From contig JAQGDQ010000810.1 of NCBI GenBank assembly GCA_030141605.1, positions 1 through 64,000 on the forward strand: DNA of 64,000 nucleotides, given 5' to 3'. The translations under genes and the position numbers were made by a program. The notes beneath the pieces were generated by a model, which did no database searches, was not told where the DNA came from, and worked only from the letters and a program-made list of their open reading frames with translations. Below are positions 37,040-49,828 of the stretch, one piece after another (positions within the stretch are counted from its first letter, which is position 1; every line of letters begins with the position of its first letter). Source of the DNA: Tubiluchus corallicola (lineage: Eukaryota > Animalia > Priapulida).

Positions 37040-37440
37040 GGACTTAAAGTGCAAGAAAACCCTTCATAAACATAAAGCTTGAAAAATTCGTTTTGAAATT
37101 TTATATCGCTTACATATACTGCGTTTTTTGCATGCAGGACTTCAATCGGCAGTCACGCTGTATAAAACATGTAAATTTAAATTCCCGCGATGACCGTTAG
37201 ACGCGGCCATTTTCACGGCAGGTCATTTGAAACAAATTTAGATAACATTTTGTAAAGTTTGAAAAAATAATCAGAGCATTCGTAGCGCACAAGTCACTAA
37301 CTAAATAAACTTTAAAATTTCTGTATCTTGTCAATAAGATTAAAAATACATTTTTTGGGTTGTGAGTGGTGCACCCTGGAGGGTGAGTCAGCGACATTTT
37401 GCCAATTGGTGAAAACATTTTAAATAATTAATAATTTCCT
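37040..37440 (+). mobile_element. Old dispersed repeat family; relatives at ~9400-9570, ~55570-55905 and inverted ~32195-32640, ~28890-29520
   Basis: Shared AAATTCGT(C/T)TTGAAA.TTTATATC.CTTAC, CGATGACCGTTAGACG..GCCATTTT, CGTAGCGCAC and TGGTGCAC.CTGG. Class unknown. Confidence 0.65.
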
Positions 37441-38681
37441 TTTCTAGTTACATAAGTCTTTCTAGCAAGTAAGCATCTAAGTAATATAGATTTACACGGA
37501 AAGTCCTTTGAGACATAATTTGACATTGCCTTTTCTTCCCTTCATTTACGTTTGGTGCATGACTTCATGTAATGGCGACTTCGGAACAGTATTGCGGGAG
37601 ATTTAAAATGAAAACAAACTAAAATTCCTTTCAGTGCGAGTAAGATATACGCATAAAATTGCTATAAAGTCATATAATTTTTTAAGTCCATTTTTCTGAA
37701 ACCTACTTCAGGTGCCCCTTTTCTTGTACTTTAAGTTACGACTCCAGGAGGACTTAAGTAGCTTGAAAACTAGTAGAACAGAATAGAACAGAAATTTGTT
37801 TTTTCCTTTTCATACATAAAAAACGTGATACATACAGGAGAGTTCCCATGGTCAGTTAAAATCCTGGAAAATCCTTGAAAATACAGGAAAAGTCAAAAAA
37901 AATGATGAAAATGGGGCGAAAAGTCAGGGAAATTGGAAAGGGTTGCAAATCACCGAGAACGGATATCTTTCCAAACATATTTTTCAGTGATTCGTGTTAA
38001 AATAAAACTGCTATGACAGGCTCCCAGTTTTGATTCCTCTTCCAAAAATAATGACTGGCCGACACATTATATATCAGTGTACGTATGCATGTGGTGTGCA
38101 GTAAAAAAATTATCCAGGGAATTAGACGGAAACAGAAGTATTTTTATTAATTCGACCCTGTGACGATGGCTGTGCCTTACGGTTATGATCTATTATGATG
38201 GTAAATGGTTTTCTCAAAGATTTAGTGTAATTTGAAGTGAAAATTACGTTTCATGTCAATGCAGAATATCCATTTTCATAAAAGTGTTTTCCACATTAGA
38301 GAAAGATGTCCTAATAATAGTACTAACAGGCCAACCTTCTGGGTATGATATTAAACCTTTTTGACTTTAACCTGGAATCACTTACGGGTGGTGATTTTAT
38401 TGATTTTTTTCCGACTGTTTGTCCGTCTGTTTAACTCTTTCATTTCTTCTTATTTATTATCAGACTATGTAAATGAATGCTTACATATGAATTTCAAGTG
38501 AAGAATTTCGTAACTTTATTCCTCGAAACTTTCATGTGTTGTTTGAATATTGTTATAACTGAATACTAAAAGTCAGGAAAACTCCTGAAAATGTGTTGTT
38601 TTGTGTTTGTTAGACTGCTGAGAGGAATTTCCGTTCAGCTGGTGGAAGGGGGTGGGGGGCATTAATCACATCAGTAAACTA

Positions 38682-39200
38682 CAGGGATGAGAATTTTCCC
38701 TGGATACGCGGAATTCCGAGTTTTTGGAAGACCAGTAGTGCCATTTTTGTAAATCGCGTAAATTCGTTGAGAAAATTTTTACGAACCCAGTACATTATTT
38801 CACAAGCTGACCGCTAGGTGGTAGGCCGTCACTTTGTTTACATCACGTACATCAGTTTAACCACGTGTTCTATGTATAAAAATACAGAATCAATTGTGCG
38901 GAGTTATTTGAGTCAATTGCAGACAGTTTTTATATACTTTTGCATAGGAGCGACCAGTACTTAGGCATTTTCTGAGACAATTAGGTATCATGTATCCTTG
39001 ATAGTTGGGTATTTTAAATTATGCACGAAACAAGGTAATTGATATTTTAAGTCCACTTAGAGGCTTTCTATGCTCACAAAATTGCAATTTGTTGCTGGCT
39101 CCAAGGGGGTTTTGCCCCCTTGAACCCCATGGGGGCCTACGCGGCCCCCAAATCTCCGACCTGTTTCAAAGTTTTTTGCAATTTGTCATTCTCATCCCTG
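38682..39200 (+). mobile_element. CAGGGATGAGAAT-TIR MITE, copy 5
   Basis: Both TIRs, perfect 6-bp TSD AAACTA. Confidence 0.95.
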
Positions 39201-39362
39201 AAACTAGCTAATCAATGCCAATTAATTCCATGTATTTTAATGAAAGGAAGGTAATGCATATGTTTTTCTGTTACCTGCAGTACTTAACATTACACTAGAG
39301 CTGTAATAAAATGGCAGTTGTATGTTGGAGTTTCAATAGATTATCTTTTTTACATGCCGCAG

Positions 39363-41546
39363 GGCTACAAGACTGCTGGCGAACTACACGGTAACCGCGG
39401 CAACATGGAAATTGACGAACTCATCGAGTTTATCGACGGGCCGCAGCCAAAGAGCAAGGAGGTCGACAAAGACAAACGACGAAAGAACAAGAAGAAAGAG
39501 AATCCGATTGTCAGTCCGCCGCTGAAAAAAGCAAAAGAGAACTCGATCGTGACGAGTAACAGCGGCTCCGTGGTGATCGACATTTACAGCAATAGCAGCA
39601 GTGACGTTTCACAAGATGGGAAAGAACTTTCAGCTCCGATCCCGGACGACATCCCTAAGTTTGACCATTCCATTTTTGACAGAGGAGTTGATGCGGACTC
39701 TTCGGACGAAAAATTCTGCGTCGTGAAGAAAAAGCAGAAAACGGGTTCGAAACACCGCGGGACTCACAATTCCGGAGAAAGTTACGCGTCGCGGAAGATT
39801 TCTCATTCCACCGCAGACGGTCGCAGAAACTCGACCGGAAACGCTCCCGTAGATTGTCTCTCTCCCGAATACGCTAGCGACGTGGAATCAATTAGGTCGC
39901 TTCCGGTAACCAGTAGAAAACTTTCCGTTGACCACGACGGAAACTCGACCGTAAGCTCGCCTACGTCTCCCGTGGAGAAAGTGACCAAGTCGTCGTACGC
40001 CGATGCGATTAAAGCACACAAAGACGTGCACAAGGACGATACGAGGCAAAAAATTTGCAGTGACTCTAATCCTGGACACCCACCTGTTGCTAACAGTGCA
40101 CGACCGAGTTCTTCATGTGGTAGTAAAACAGATGAACTTGACCAAGATGTTCGGGATGCGAATGATACTCAGTCGAGTCCCAGTGCTTCACAGAGCTGTG
40201 CTCTTGAACCGCCGTCTTCGCTCGTAGAAAGTAAAGTCTGTGATACCCAAACAATTTTACCGAAAAACCCTAATAGTGTTCATGTACATGAAAAAGAAGA
40301 AGAAGAAGAAACTAATTGTGAAGCGCCGGTGCAAAGAAATGACGGAAAGAATGCAAGGGAAACCACTACTGCTGTAGAAGTAAGTAATCCGAAAAGCAGC
40401 GGTAATAGCGAAACTAATAAGGCAGTCGTCGCGTACGTCCCGCAAGCTGCAATTTTACCGGCTTGGAAGGGCGTTGACAATAATCAGCTCGGTAACAGCG
40501 AAACTGCAGGCGCTGCATCTTGTGACAATCAAGCTTTATCGGCTGCCTTAGTGTTGCCACCACAAACTGAAAAAAGTTGGCCAAAAGTCACCGTTTCGAC
40601 GTCGGCAGCGGCGGGAACGGGTGGTGTTTACGCCACAAAATCAACAAGTTCAGAAGTTTGTTCGGGTAAAAGCAGCTGTGCAAAAACTAGTGCCGAAAAC
40701 GGAGTTGTCATTTCTAGTGAGAGCATCGAGTCTAAAAATGAAAATGTTCTGGACAAATTTGCTCAGCGTAATGTGAATGTTAAAATGTTGAACAATGTTA
40801 TGGTCTCGCCTCAAGCAAACGAAACAAACTCTGACTTGATAAACTCAAGAAAATGTACTGGTGAACTAGACCAGTCTAAGTGTGTAGATAATAGTTCTAG
40901 TAAGTTGTCTAATAGCGCTAAACCTGTTGTAAATAACCAATCGAATGGCTTCGCTCAACAGCTATTAATTAACGTAAACGAAGAAGACAGTTTTCCTAGT
41001 CTACCGTGTAAACCCGCAATCGTCACAAACGTGCCTGTAGAACAGAAACAGCCCCCCGCGCGTAGCTACGCGGCAGTGTGTCAAAAGACGAACCCCCGAT
41101 GGTTCGACTTCTCGATAGATCCGGGTCAGTACGACGTCGGCCGTATTCCTCCGTGCTGCTTTGACGGCAACGATAACGGCTTAGTGAAAGCTAAAGACGC
41201 CGCCGAGTTTGCTCAAGTTTATAATGTGGTGCGCAATAACGGTAATATAGTTAGCTCAGTGAACGTAATGAATGAATGTGTGCCATTGACTAACAACGTC
41301 GCTTGCACCAAGGATACTGTTTTGTTCACGTCTAGTAGCGGTGCGGGAAGCGACTCCGTACTCGTGGAACCTGCCGGACGTGCCGACCAGAAACGACCGA
41401 AAGCAACTGACCCGCAGCGGTGTCGCGGCAGGGTGATCTTTGACATTGGTGGCAAGAAGAAGTCATCGGTTAGAAACGTCGCCGACGACCATGGCTTATC
41501 TTTCGGCTTTGAACCGGTCTTCACTGGAACAGAATGCAGTGGTCAG
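39363..41546 (+). CDS. Exon 6 of uncharacterised protein (728 codons; GYKTAGELHGNRGNMEIDELIEFIDG...)
   Basis: 748-aa open frame, GCAG acceptor, CAG|GTTAGT donor, phase 0 to 0. Confidence 0.9.
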
Positions 41547-41591
41547 GTTAGTAATAACATCTGATTTCTTAAATTTTTCCCGACAGAACCT

Positions 41592-42140
41592 AATTGAGTA
41601 AAGTCCACGTAAAACAAGTGAAGTTACTAAAAGGATACAGCAGACGGCTTTGCTTTACCGAAGTCACGTGACTATTGTATTTAAGATGCATTGTCACATG
41701 ACTATTGTAGTTAAGATGCAAAGTACTTAACGTTTGACCTACAGCATCTGCACGTGCGCACAACCTTTACCGCCCCAAATTCCCGTCTTTCAAATGCTGG
41801 CAAACTCAAACATTTTGTTGTCAATGTGCAAGTGTTTGACAGTGAAAACAATTCTCAAGAGTTTTTATGCTTGTATTGTTTACAAATTTCAGTCAGTTTT
41901 CTATATTTTCTACAACAGCCTGCTAACAATTGAATGCAGTTACACTAATAAGTCTTCACGATTTCGTTGTGCGCACGCGCAGTTGCTGTAGGTCAAAGGT
42001 TAAGTGCTATGCATATTAACTACAACAGTCACGTGACAATGCATCTTAAATACAATAGTCACGTGACTTGTTGGTAAAGCAAAGCTGTCTGCTGTATCCT
42101 TTTAGAAACTTCACTTGTTTTACGTGGATTTTACTTAATT
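41592..42140. mobile_element. Fold-back MITE with ~170-bp inverted arms
   Basis: AATTGAGTAAAGTCCACGTAAAACAAGTGAAGTT...TGCGCA mirrored at ~41970-42140. Confidence 0.9.
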
Positions 42141-43284
42141 GTGCATTAGACTGTGATTTTCTAGCAGGATCTTGCTTGGGAACAAGAAAAAATGGACTGC
42201 GTAAGATTCTAGCTAGCTGTTAAAATATGTTAAAACTGCTACTATTACAGTAGCTTTGGCTGTGAGGTATTGTCAAGTGTACTCAAATGGTTTCACGATC
42301 ATCATCAATCGCTTCAAAAAGGCTTTCTGAATGCACGCACTAATTACCATCAGTTCATACATAGAACGTTTTCACGGAATGTAACAGCTGCTGATATGTT
42401 TACTCTGTTTTTCTTTACCGGAAAGTTTATAAATAAGTTGATATTTGAACAGCTACAAAACTTGGAATATTTCAAAAAATTCTTTTGGCTATTTTCTCGG
42501 AAAAGAGTTATTCAACTTTTACACATGTAGACGACTTTTCAGGGAGAACTGCAGTAGTCTGTGTTGGGTATCAGAAGGGCTAAAAGTTATTCTGATAAAA
42601 TTTGTCACAAAGTTTTCATAATTATATAATACTAATTTGCTCTCCAAATCAAAAAATTGAAAAACAAAATTTTTGCACATCAGAGACAAATTTCATTTAC
42701 GTTCAGTGTATGTGTGCTTTTATCGTAGGAAGCTGATGAAACTGCTTAAATGTTCATGGTCAGGAAGAAGTTACGTCCTAGGAACATACATGATAAAAAT
42801 TTATGTACAGTCAACTTTGGATATAAATCTCGGGACCGGAAAAAACCGTCCCTTATAGCCGAAGTTGAGTCAGAGCGAGGGTGTATCTAGACCTGTACTT
42901 TTACTCATATTTTTATGGATTATTGCTACACATTCAGTGCAAACGGTATGTAGGAAGCTCCTTCAATGATGCAAGATGTATGTGAGTGCGGAAACCGAGC
43001 TGTTCGAAGGCCGAGTTTGCGAAAAATTGAGGTTAAAAATCGATAATTTTGCTTTGATGATAGGGTCCTTTATATGTGAAGTAATTTACCTGGGTTTCTA
43101 TTACATGAGACTGTTACATAATACTGCAAGTCTCTATTACTGCAAGTCACTAATAGTGTAGAACATTTAAGGGTAAAATTCAATAATTCTTTGATTATTT
43201 TTGCATAAAACTATAGAGCAATTTTTACTGAGAATTTCTGAAAGTGTTAATTTCACTTGTCTGATGAGTTTAATTTACAAACAG

Positions 43285-43606
43285 GTCACTAGTCAAGCAA
43301 TTACCATCAGTTCTGCAGCCGTATCTTGCGTCACCTCACACACGTCGTCGGCGGTCAGCTTTCCGGCTACTTTCTCTGCAGACATATCAACTCAGGGACT
43401 TGTGTTTATGGACATCGGTCAGAACGTGCCGGATTTCATTCAGTCTGGCGTGAAAGTTGACGGAGTGTCGCAGGCGCAGCCTACCACGGAGTCTCCGGCA
43501 TTACCTCCTGCGCGTGCGGTTGCGCTGCCGACCTATCGAGAACCGGCGTCCGAGCCCAAAGCAATAACCTTCCATGTCCAGCAGCTGGTCAACTACATTG
43601 GACAAA
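43285..43606 (+). CDS. Exon 7 of uncharacterised protein (...ITFHVQQLVNYIGQ)
   Basis: ACAG acceptor, GTAAGT donor, 322 nt, phase 0 to 1, GC-rich open frame. Confidence 0.83.
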
Positions 43607-43783
43607 GTAAGTTGGGCGAAGGTTTTTAACTGTCTTCCGTTCTGCTTAGCGCACAGACCTTTGGTATTAATATGGATAATATTTGTAGGAAAATATTGAT
43701 TTTAAAAGTAACATTATTTTAGGCTTTACTTGGGTTTCCTTAGCACTTCTAGTTAGCAAAGCCCTACGTGTTTTGAGCTTTTA

Positions 43784-45890
43784 TGGCGCATTTAGCCTAG
43801 CGAAAAGATTTCTGTCTGACAGTACACTCGCATGTGTGAGCTGATTTGGGAGTTACTGTGAGCAAGTTGATTTCCCGTGAGTTACTGTCTCGTGTGAACA
43901 CCTCGACCAGTTACTCTCTACACTTCTCGCAGTGAATAGAGAAGCTCGCGTTTACTGTGAGAGAGTAACTCACGGGGAGTTTTGACTATAGTCTGAACGT
44001 GCTTGCTAGTTACTTGATGAGTTTATCTGACGAGAAAGTTTGCTAGTCTGAACGTCTTGCTAGTTACTTGATGAGTTTATTTGGCAAGAATGCTTGCTAG
44101 TCTGAACGTGTTTGCTAGTTACTTGACGAGTTTATTTGGCAAGAATTGCTTGCTAGTCTGAACGTGTTTGCTAGTTACTTGACGAGTTTATTTGGCAAGA
44201 ATTGCTTGCTAGTCTGAACGTGCTTGCTACTTTCTTGACAAGTTTATTTGGCAAGAATGCTTGCTAGTCTGAACGTGTTTGCTAGTTACTTGACGAGTTT
44301 ATTTGGCAAGAATTGCTTGCTAGTCTGAACGTGTTTGCTAGTTACTTGACGAGTTTATTTGGCAAGAATTGCTTGCTAGTCTGAACGTGCTTGCTACTTT
44401 CTTGACAAGTTTATTTGGCAAGAATGCTTGCTAGTCTGAACGTGTTTGCTAGTTACTTGACGAGTTTATTTGGCAAGAATTGCTTGCTAGTCTGAACGTG
44501 TTTGCTAGTTACTTGACGAGTTTATTTGGCAAGAATTGCTTGCTAGTCTGAACGTGCTTGCTACTTTCTTGACAAGTTTATTTGGCAAGAATGCTTGCTA
44601 GTCTGAACGTGTTTGCTAGTTACTTGACGAGTTTATTTGGCAAGAATTGCTTGCTAGTCTGAACGTGTTTGCTAGTTACTTGACGAGTTTATTTGGCAAG
44701 AATTGCTTGCTAGTCTGAACGTGCTTGCTACTTTCTTGACAAGTTTATTTGGCAAGAATGCTTGCTAGTCTGAACGTGTTTGCTAGTTACTTGACGAGTT
44801 TATTTGGCAAGAATTGCTTGCTAGTCTGAACGTGTTTGCTAGTTACTTGACGAGTTTATTTGGCAAGAATTGCTTGCTAGTCTGAACGTGCTTGCTACTT
44901 TCTTGACAAGTTTATTTGGCAAGAATGCTTGCTAGTCTGAACGTGTTTGCTAGTTACTTGACGAGTTTATTTGGCAAGAATTGCTTGCTAGTCTGAACGT
45001 GTTTGCTAGTTACTTGACGAGTTTATTTGGCAAGAATTGCTTGCTAGTCTGAACGTGCTTGCTACTTTCTTGACAAGTTTATTTGGCAAGAATGCTTGCT
45101 AGTCTGAACGTGTTTGCTAGTTACTTGACGAGTTTATTTGGCAAGAATTGCTTGCTAGTCTGAACGTGTTTGCTAGTTACTTGACGAGTTTATTTGGCAA
45201 GAATGCTTGCTAGTCTGAACGTGCTTGCTAGTTACTTGACGCGTTTATTTGGCAAGAATTGCTTGCTAGTCTGAACGTGTTTGCTAGTTACTTGACGAGT
45301 TTATTTGGCAAGAATGCTTGCTAGTCTGAACGTGTTTGCTAGTTACTTGACGAGTTTATTTGGCAAGAATGCTTGCTAGTCTGAACGTGCTTGCTACTTT
45401 CTTGACAAGTTTATTTGGCAAGAAAGCTTGCTAGTCTGAACGTGCTTGCTAGTTACTTGACGAGTTTATTTGGCGAGAAAGCTTGCTAGTCTGAACGTGT
45501 TTGCTAGTTACTTGACGAATTTATTTGGCAAGAATTGCTTGCTAGTCTGAACGTGTTTGCTAGTTACTTGACGAGTTTATTTGGCAAGAATGCTTGCTAG
45601 TCTGAACGTGTTTGCTAGTTACTTGACGAGTTTATTTGGCAAGAATGCTTGCTAGTCTGAACGTGCTTGCTACTTTCTTGACAAGTTTATTTGGCAAGAA
45701 AGCTTGCTAGTCTGAACGTGCTTGCTAGTTACTTGACGAGTTTATTTGGCGAGAAAGCTTGCTAGTCTGAACGTGTTTGCTAGTTACTTGACGAATTTAT
45801 TTGGCAAGAATTGCTTGCTAGTCTGAACGTGTTTGCTAGTTACTTGACGAGTTTATTTGGCAAGAGTTGCTTGCTAGTCTGAATGTGCCG
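43784..45890 (+). mobile_element. PIF/Harbinger-type MITE expanded by an internal 55/56-bp array (~34 copies, ~43990-45885)
   Basis: TIRs GGCGCATTTAGCCTAGC / GCTAGTCTGAATGTGCC, TTA on both sides. Homologous to 58990-59279. Confidence 0.8.
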
Positions 45891-46093
45891 TTACTTTGTG
45901 GTAGCCATTAACTATTCAGTTCAGGAGAGGGATGAATAGAATGGTTTACCCATGGTGACTCAAAACAAGACGCTTGTCTGCAATTCGGTGATTACAAATG
46001 AATCGCTTGAAACAAAAATTTCACTCATTTTGTACTTGAGACTAAAGTTCCTCTTTTCTAGCTCTTGTAAATGCTTTATTATTTCTGTTTCAG

Positions 46094-46126
46094 GCTGGTT
46101 AGACATCGAGTCTGAGATGAAAAGAG
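46094..46126 (+). CDS. Exon 8, 33-nt micro-exon (SWLDIESEMKR)
   Basis: TTTCTGTTTCAG acceptor, GAG|GTAAGG donor, phase 1 to 1. Continues the amphipathic helix of exon 7. Confidence 0.75.
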
Positions 46127-46297
46127 GTAAGGAGTTTCATTTTCATCATCAGCAGTCAATGAAAAGTATTCAGTTCGTTTATAATTGTGTATTTACGAAA
46201 CTTACTGTGACTTAAACATGACAGTTTCTGCTTTCTCTGTTTCTTTCTTCCAAAATGTTCTCTCGGCTAATTATGTATGCTAATTAGATGCTAATTA

Positions 46298-48445
46298 GTA
46301 TCGGAGTGAGAGTGGGGGTAGATGGGGCTCCTTAGCCTTGGCCGGCAATCCATCTAGGTGAAGGAAAACACTGATCACAAACCTCCACTGCCTTGTGGCT
46401 ATACCCTCCGTGGGGAAGGCTCCGGGAGTAAACCCCAAGGAAAAATCTGGAGCTGGAGTCCCTATAGGCGCGTCATGTTGCATAGCACCATGATTCCGAC
46501 AACTCCTGAAGTAGCAGATGTACTGGCTCCGCCTTTCCCATGGATCATACTTCTGGCGTGGAGAGACTGAGGCTGGTGACCTGGTGCAATCCCTCCCTCC
46601 CTTTAAACCAAGTCATGATGACAGGTCACCACCTGGCCTGGAGAGAGTGAGGCTGGCGACTTGGTGCAATCCCTCCCTCAGTTTAAACCAAGTCACGCAC
46701 AAGTCATGATGACAGGTCACCACCTGGTGTGGAGAGAGTGAGGCTGGCGACCTGGTGCAATCCCTCCCTCGCTCACTTTAAACCAAGTCACGCACAAGTC
46801 ATGATGACAGGTCACCACCTGGCGTGGAGAGAGTGAGGCTGGCGACCTGGTGCAATCCCTCCCTCACTTTAAACCAAGTTACGCACAAGTCATGATGACA
46901 GGTCACCACCTGGCGTGGAGAGAGTGAGGCTGGCAACCTGGTGCAATCCCTCCCTCACTTTAAACCAAGTCACGCACAAGTCATGATGACAGGTCACCAC
47001 CTGGTGTGGAGAGAGTGAGGCTGGCGACCTGGTGCAATCCCTCCCTCACTTTAAACCAAGTCATGCACAAGTCATGATGACAGGTCACCACCTGGCGTGG
47101 AGAGAGTGAGGCTGGCGACCTGCTGCAATCCCTCTCTCACTTTAAACCAAGTCACGCACAAGTCATGATGACAGGTCACCACCTGGCGTGGAGAGAGTGA
47201 GGCTGGTGACCTGGTGCAATCCCTCCTTCACTTTAAACCAAAGTCACGCACAAGTCATGATGACAGGTCACCACCTGGCGTGGAGAGAGTGAGGCTGGTG
47301 ACCTGGTGCAATCCCTCTCTCACTTTAAACCAAGTCATGCACAAGTCATGATGACAGGTCACCACCTAGCATGGAGAGAGTGAGGCTGGTGACCTGGTGC
47401 AATCCCTCTCTCACTTTAAACCAAGTCACGCACAAGTCATGATGACAGGTCACCACCTAGCATGGAGAGAGTGAGACTGGCGACCTGGTGCAATCCCTCC
47501 CTCACTTTAAACCAAGTCATGCACAAGTCATGATGACAGGTCACCACCTAGCGTGGAGAGAGTGAGGCTGGTGACCTGGTGCAATCCCTCCCTCACTTTA
47601 AACCAAGTCACGCACAAGTCATGATGACAGGTCACCACCTGGCCTGGAGAGAGTGAGGCTGGTGACCTAGTGCAATCCCTCCCTCACTTTAAACCAAGTC
47701 ACGCACAAGTTATGATGACAGGTCACCACCTGGCGAGGAGAGAGTGAGGCTGGCAACCTGGTGCAATCCCTCCCTCCCTCACTTTAAACCAAGTCACGCA
47801 CAAGTTATGATGACAGGTCACCACCTGGCGTGGAGAGAGTGAGGCTAGCGACCTGGTGCAATCCCTCCCTCACTTTAAACCAAGTCACGCACAAGTCATG
47901 ATGACAAGTCACCACCTGGCATGGAGAGAATGAGGCTGGCGACCTGGTGCAATCCCTCCCTCCCTCACTTTAAACCAAGTCACGCACAAGTCATGATGAC
48001 AGGTCACCACCTGGCGTGGAGAGAATGAGGCTGGCGACCTGGTGCAATCCCTTCCTCACTTTAAACCAAGCCACGCACAAGTTATGATGACAGGTCACCA
48101 CCTGGCGTGGAGAGAGTGAGGCTGGCGACCAGGTGCAATCCTTCCCTCTGTTTAAACCAAGTCACACACAAATCATGATGACAGGTCACCACCTGGCGTG
48201 GAGAGAGTGAGGCTGGCGACCTGGTGCAATCCCTCCCTCACTTTAAACCAAGTCACGCACAAGTCATGATGACAGGTCACCACCTGGCGTGGAGAGAGTG
48301 AGGCTGGCGACCTGGTGCAATCCCTCCCTCACTTTAAACCAAGTCATGATGACAGGTCCATCAATGGAATCACAACCCCCCAAACTGACATTTTATCCCT
48401 GTCACTATGGTCATCTTCGATTCGAAGGACGAACATCATCATCAG
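46298..48445 (+). mobile_element. Non-autonomous RTE-like retroelement with an internal 91-bp array (~20 copies, 46555-48358)
   Basis: GGCAATCCATCTAGGTGAAGGAAAACACTGA resembles RTE 5' UTRs. Ends in (CAT)n. The array is seen directly; the RTE assignment is from recall. Confidence 0.65.
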
Positions 48446-49013
48446 TAATGGAGGGAGCAAATATTACGAGATAATCATTGTAATGGCGTTTGATGATCAT
48501 GAATATGTTATTGTTAAGTCAGTGTCTTCATGATTGCAAAGTCATGGTTATATACAATTACTGCTTGCTTTCTTACTATAAAAAATATGTACCAAGTATT
48601 TGGGTAACTAATTCAACTACTTTTCCTTATTGGCGTATTTTTAACAGTCCTGGAGTAATGCATTGTCTGTATAAATTACTTGTAAATGTATGTGGCAACT
48701 GTCAAAAAATTGATTTAACACGAGATACTCATTAAAAAATGTGGATTTCTCTAACAACTACTGAAAAATGCCCGCTTTTGAAATGTTTGTATATTTTTTT
48801 GGACATGTGGTAAACCATTTCGTAGATCATTTCAAGCTCTGCAAATCCCGCTATTCTTTTGCCTATAATGAAGATTGCTAGCTTTGCGTGGTTGTCTAAA
48901 GTATATGTAAAACATCAAATTTGCGAAAACTAGTGCATACTTAAACAAAATTCGCTGTACCCAGCTTTGAAGTTTCTCTCACCTTTTTACCTTGTCTCAT
49001 TTTTGACCATATT

Positions 49014-49513
49014 CAGGGATGAGAATTTTTTGCGGATACGCGGAATTCCGAGTTTTTGTAAGACCAGTGGTGCCATTTTTGTAAATTGCGTAAATTCGTT
49101 GAGGAAATTTTTACGGACCCAGTACATTATTTCACAAACTGACCGCTAGTTGGCAGGTCGTCACTTTGTTTACATCACGTACATCAGTGTAACCATGTGT
49201 ATATCTCTATGTATAAAAATATAGAATAAATTGTGCGGAGTTATTTGAGTCAATTGCAGACAGTTTTTATATACTTTTGTATAGGAGCGACCAGTACTTA
49301 GACGTTTTTGAGACAATTATGTATCATGTATCCTTGATAGTTGGGTATTTTAAATTATGCATGAAACAAGGTAATTGATATTTTAAGTTCACTTAGAGGC
49401 TCTCTATGGTTACAAAATTGCTATTTGTTGCTGGCTGCAATTGGAGCTTCGCCTTGGACCCTTTGACGCGGCCCCCAAAACCCGTTTCAGAGTTTTTTCC
49501 ATTCTCATCCCTG
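49014..49513 (+). mobile_element. CAGGGATGAGAAT-TIR MITE, copy 6
   Basis: Both TIRs, perfect 6-bp TSD CATATT. Confidence 0.95.
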
Positions 49514-49828
49514 CATATTGCAAAAAACTGCACTGCACTTTCTGCTTGTATTCTTGCAAAACATAAAAGCTTTTCACCTTACTTATGTGTTCAGTGCTCA
49601 GACAAGCTCAAACGTGTGTGATCTTGCAGTGATTCTACAACTGCCCTACGTTACCTATAATCATATATGGAGTCTACAGACTTAATTAGACCCACGTCTG
49701 CATTTGTTTACTTAGAATATCATATGCCATCTGATAGTTTTTAAGTGTTATTTCGATTTCTAAACCTCCTTCATGTTTTGTGATTGTACTTCAAAATTTC
49801 TTATACCAATTCATCAATTTTCTTCCAG

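Noticed and set aside
37833-38600. Possible hAT-like element beginning CAGGAGAGTTCCCATGGTCAG
   Set aside because: No matching right TIR or TSD found.
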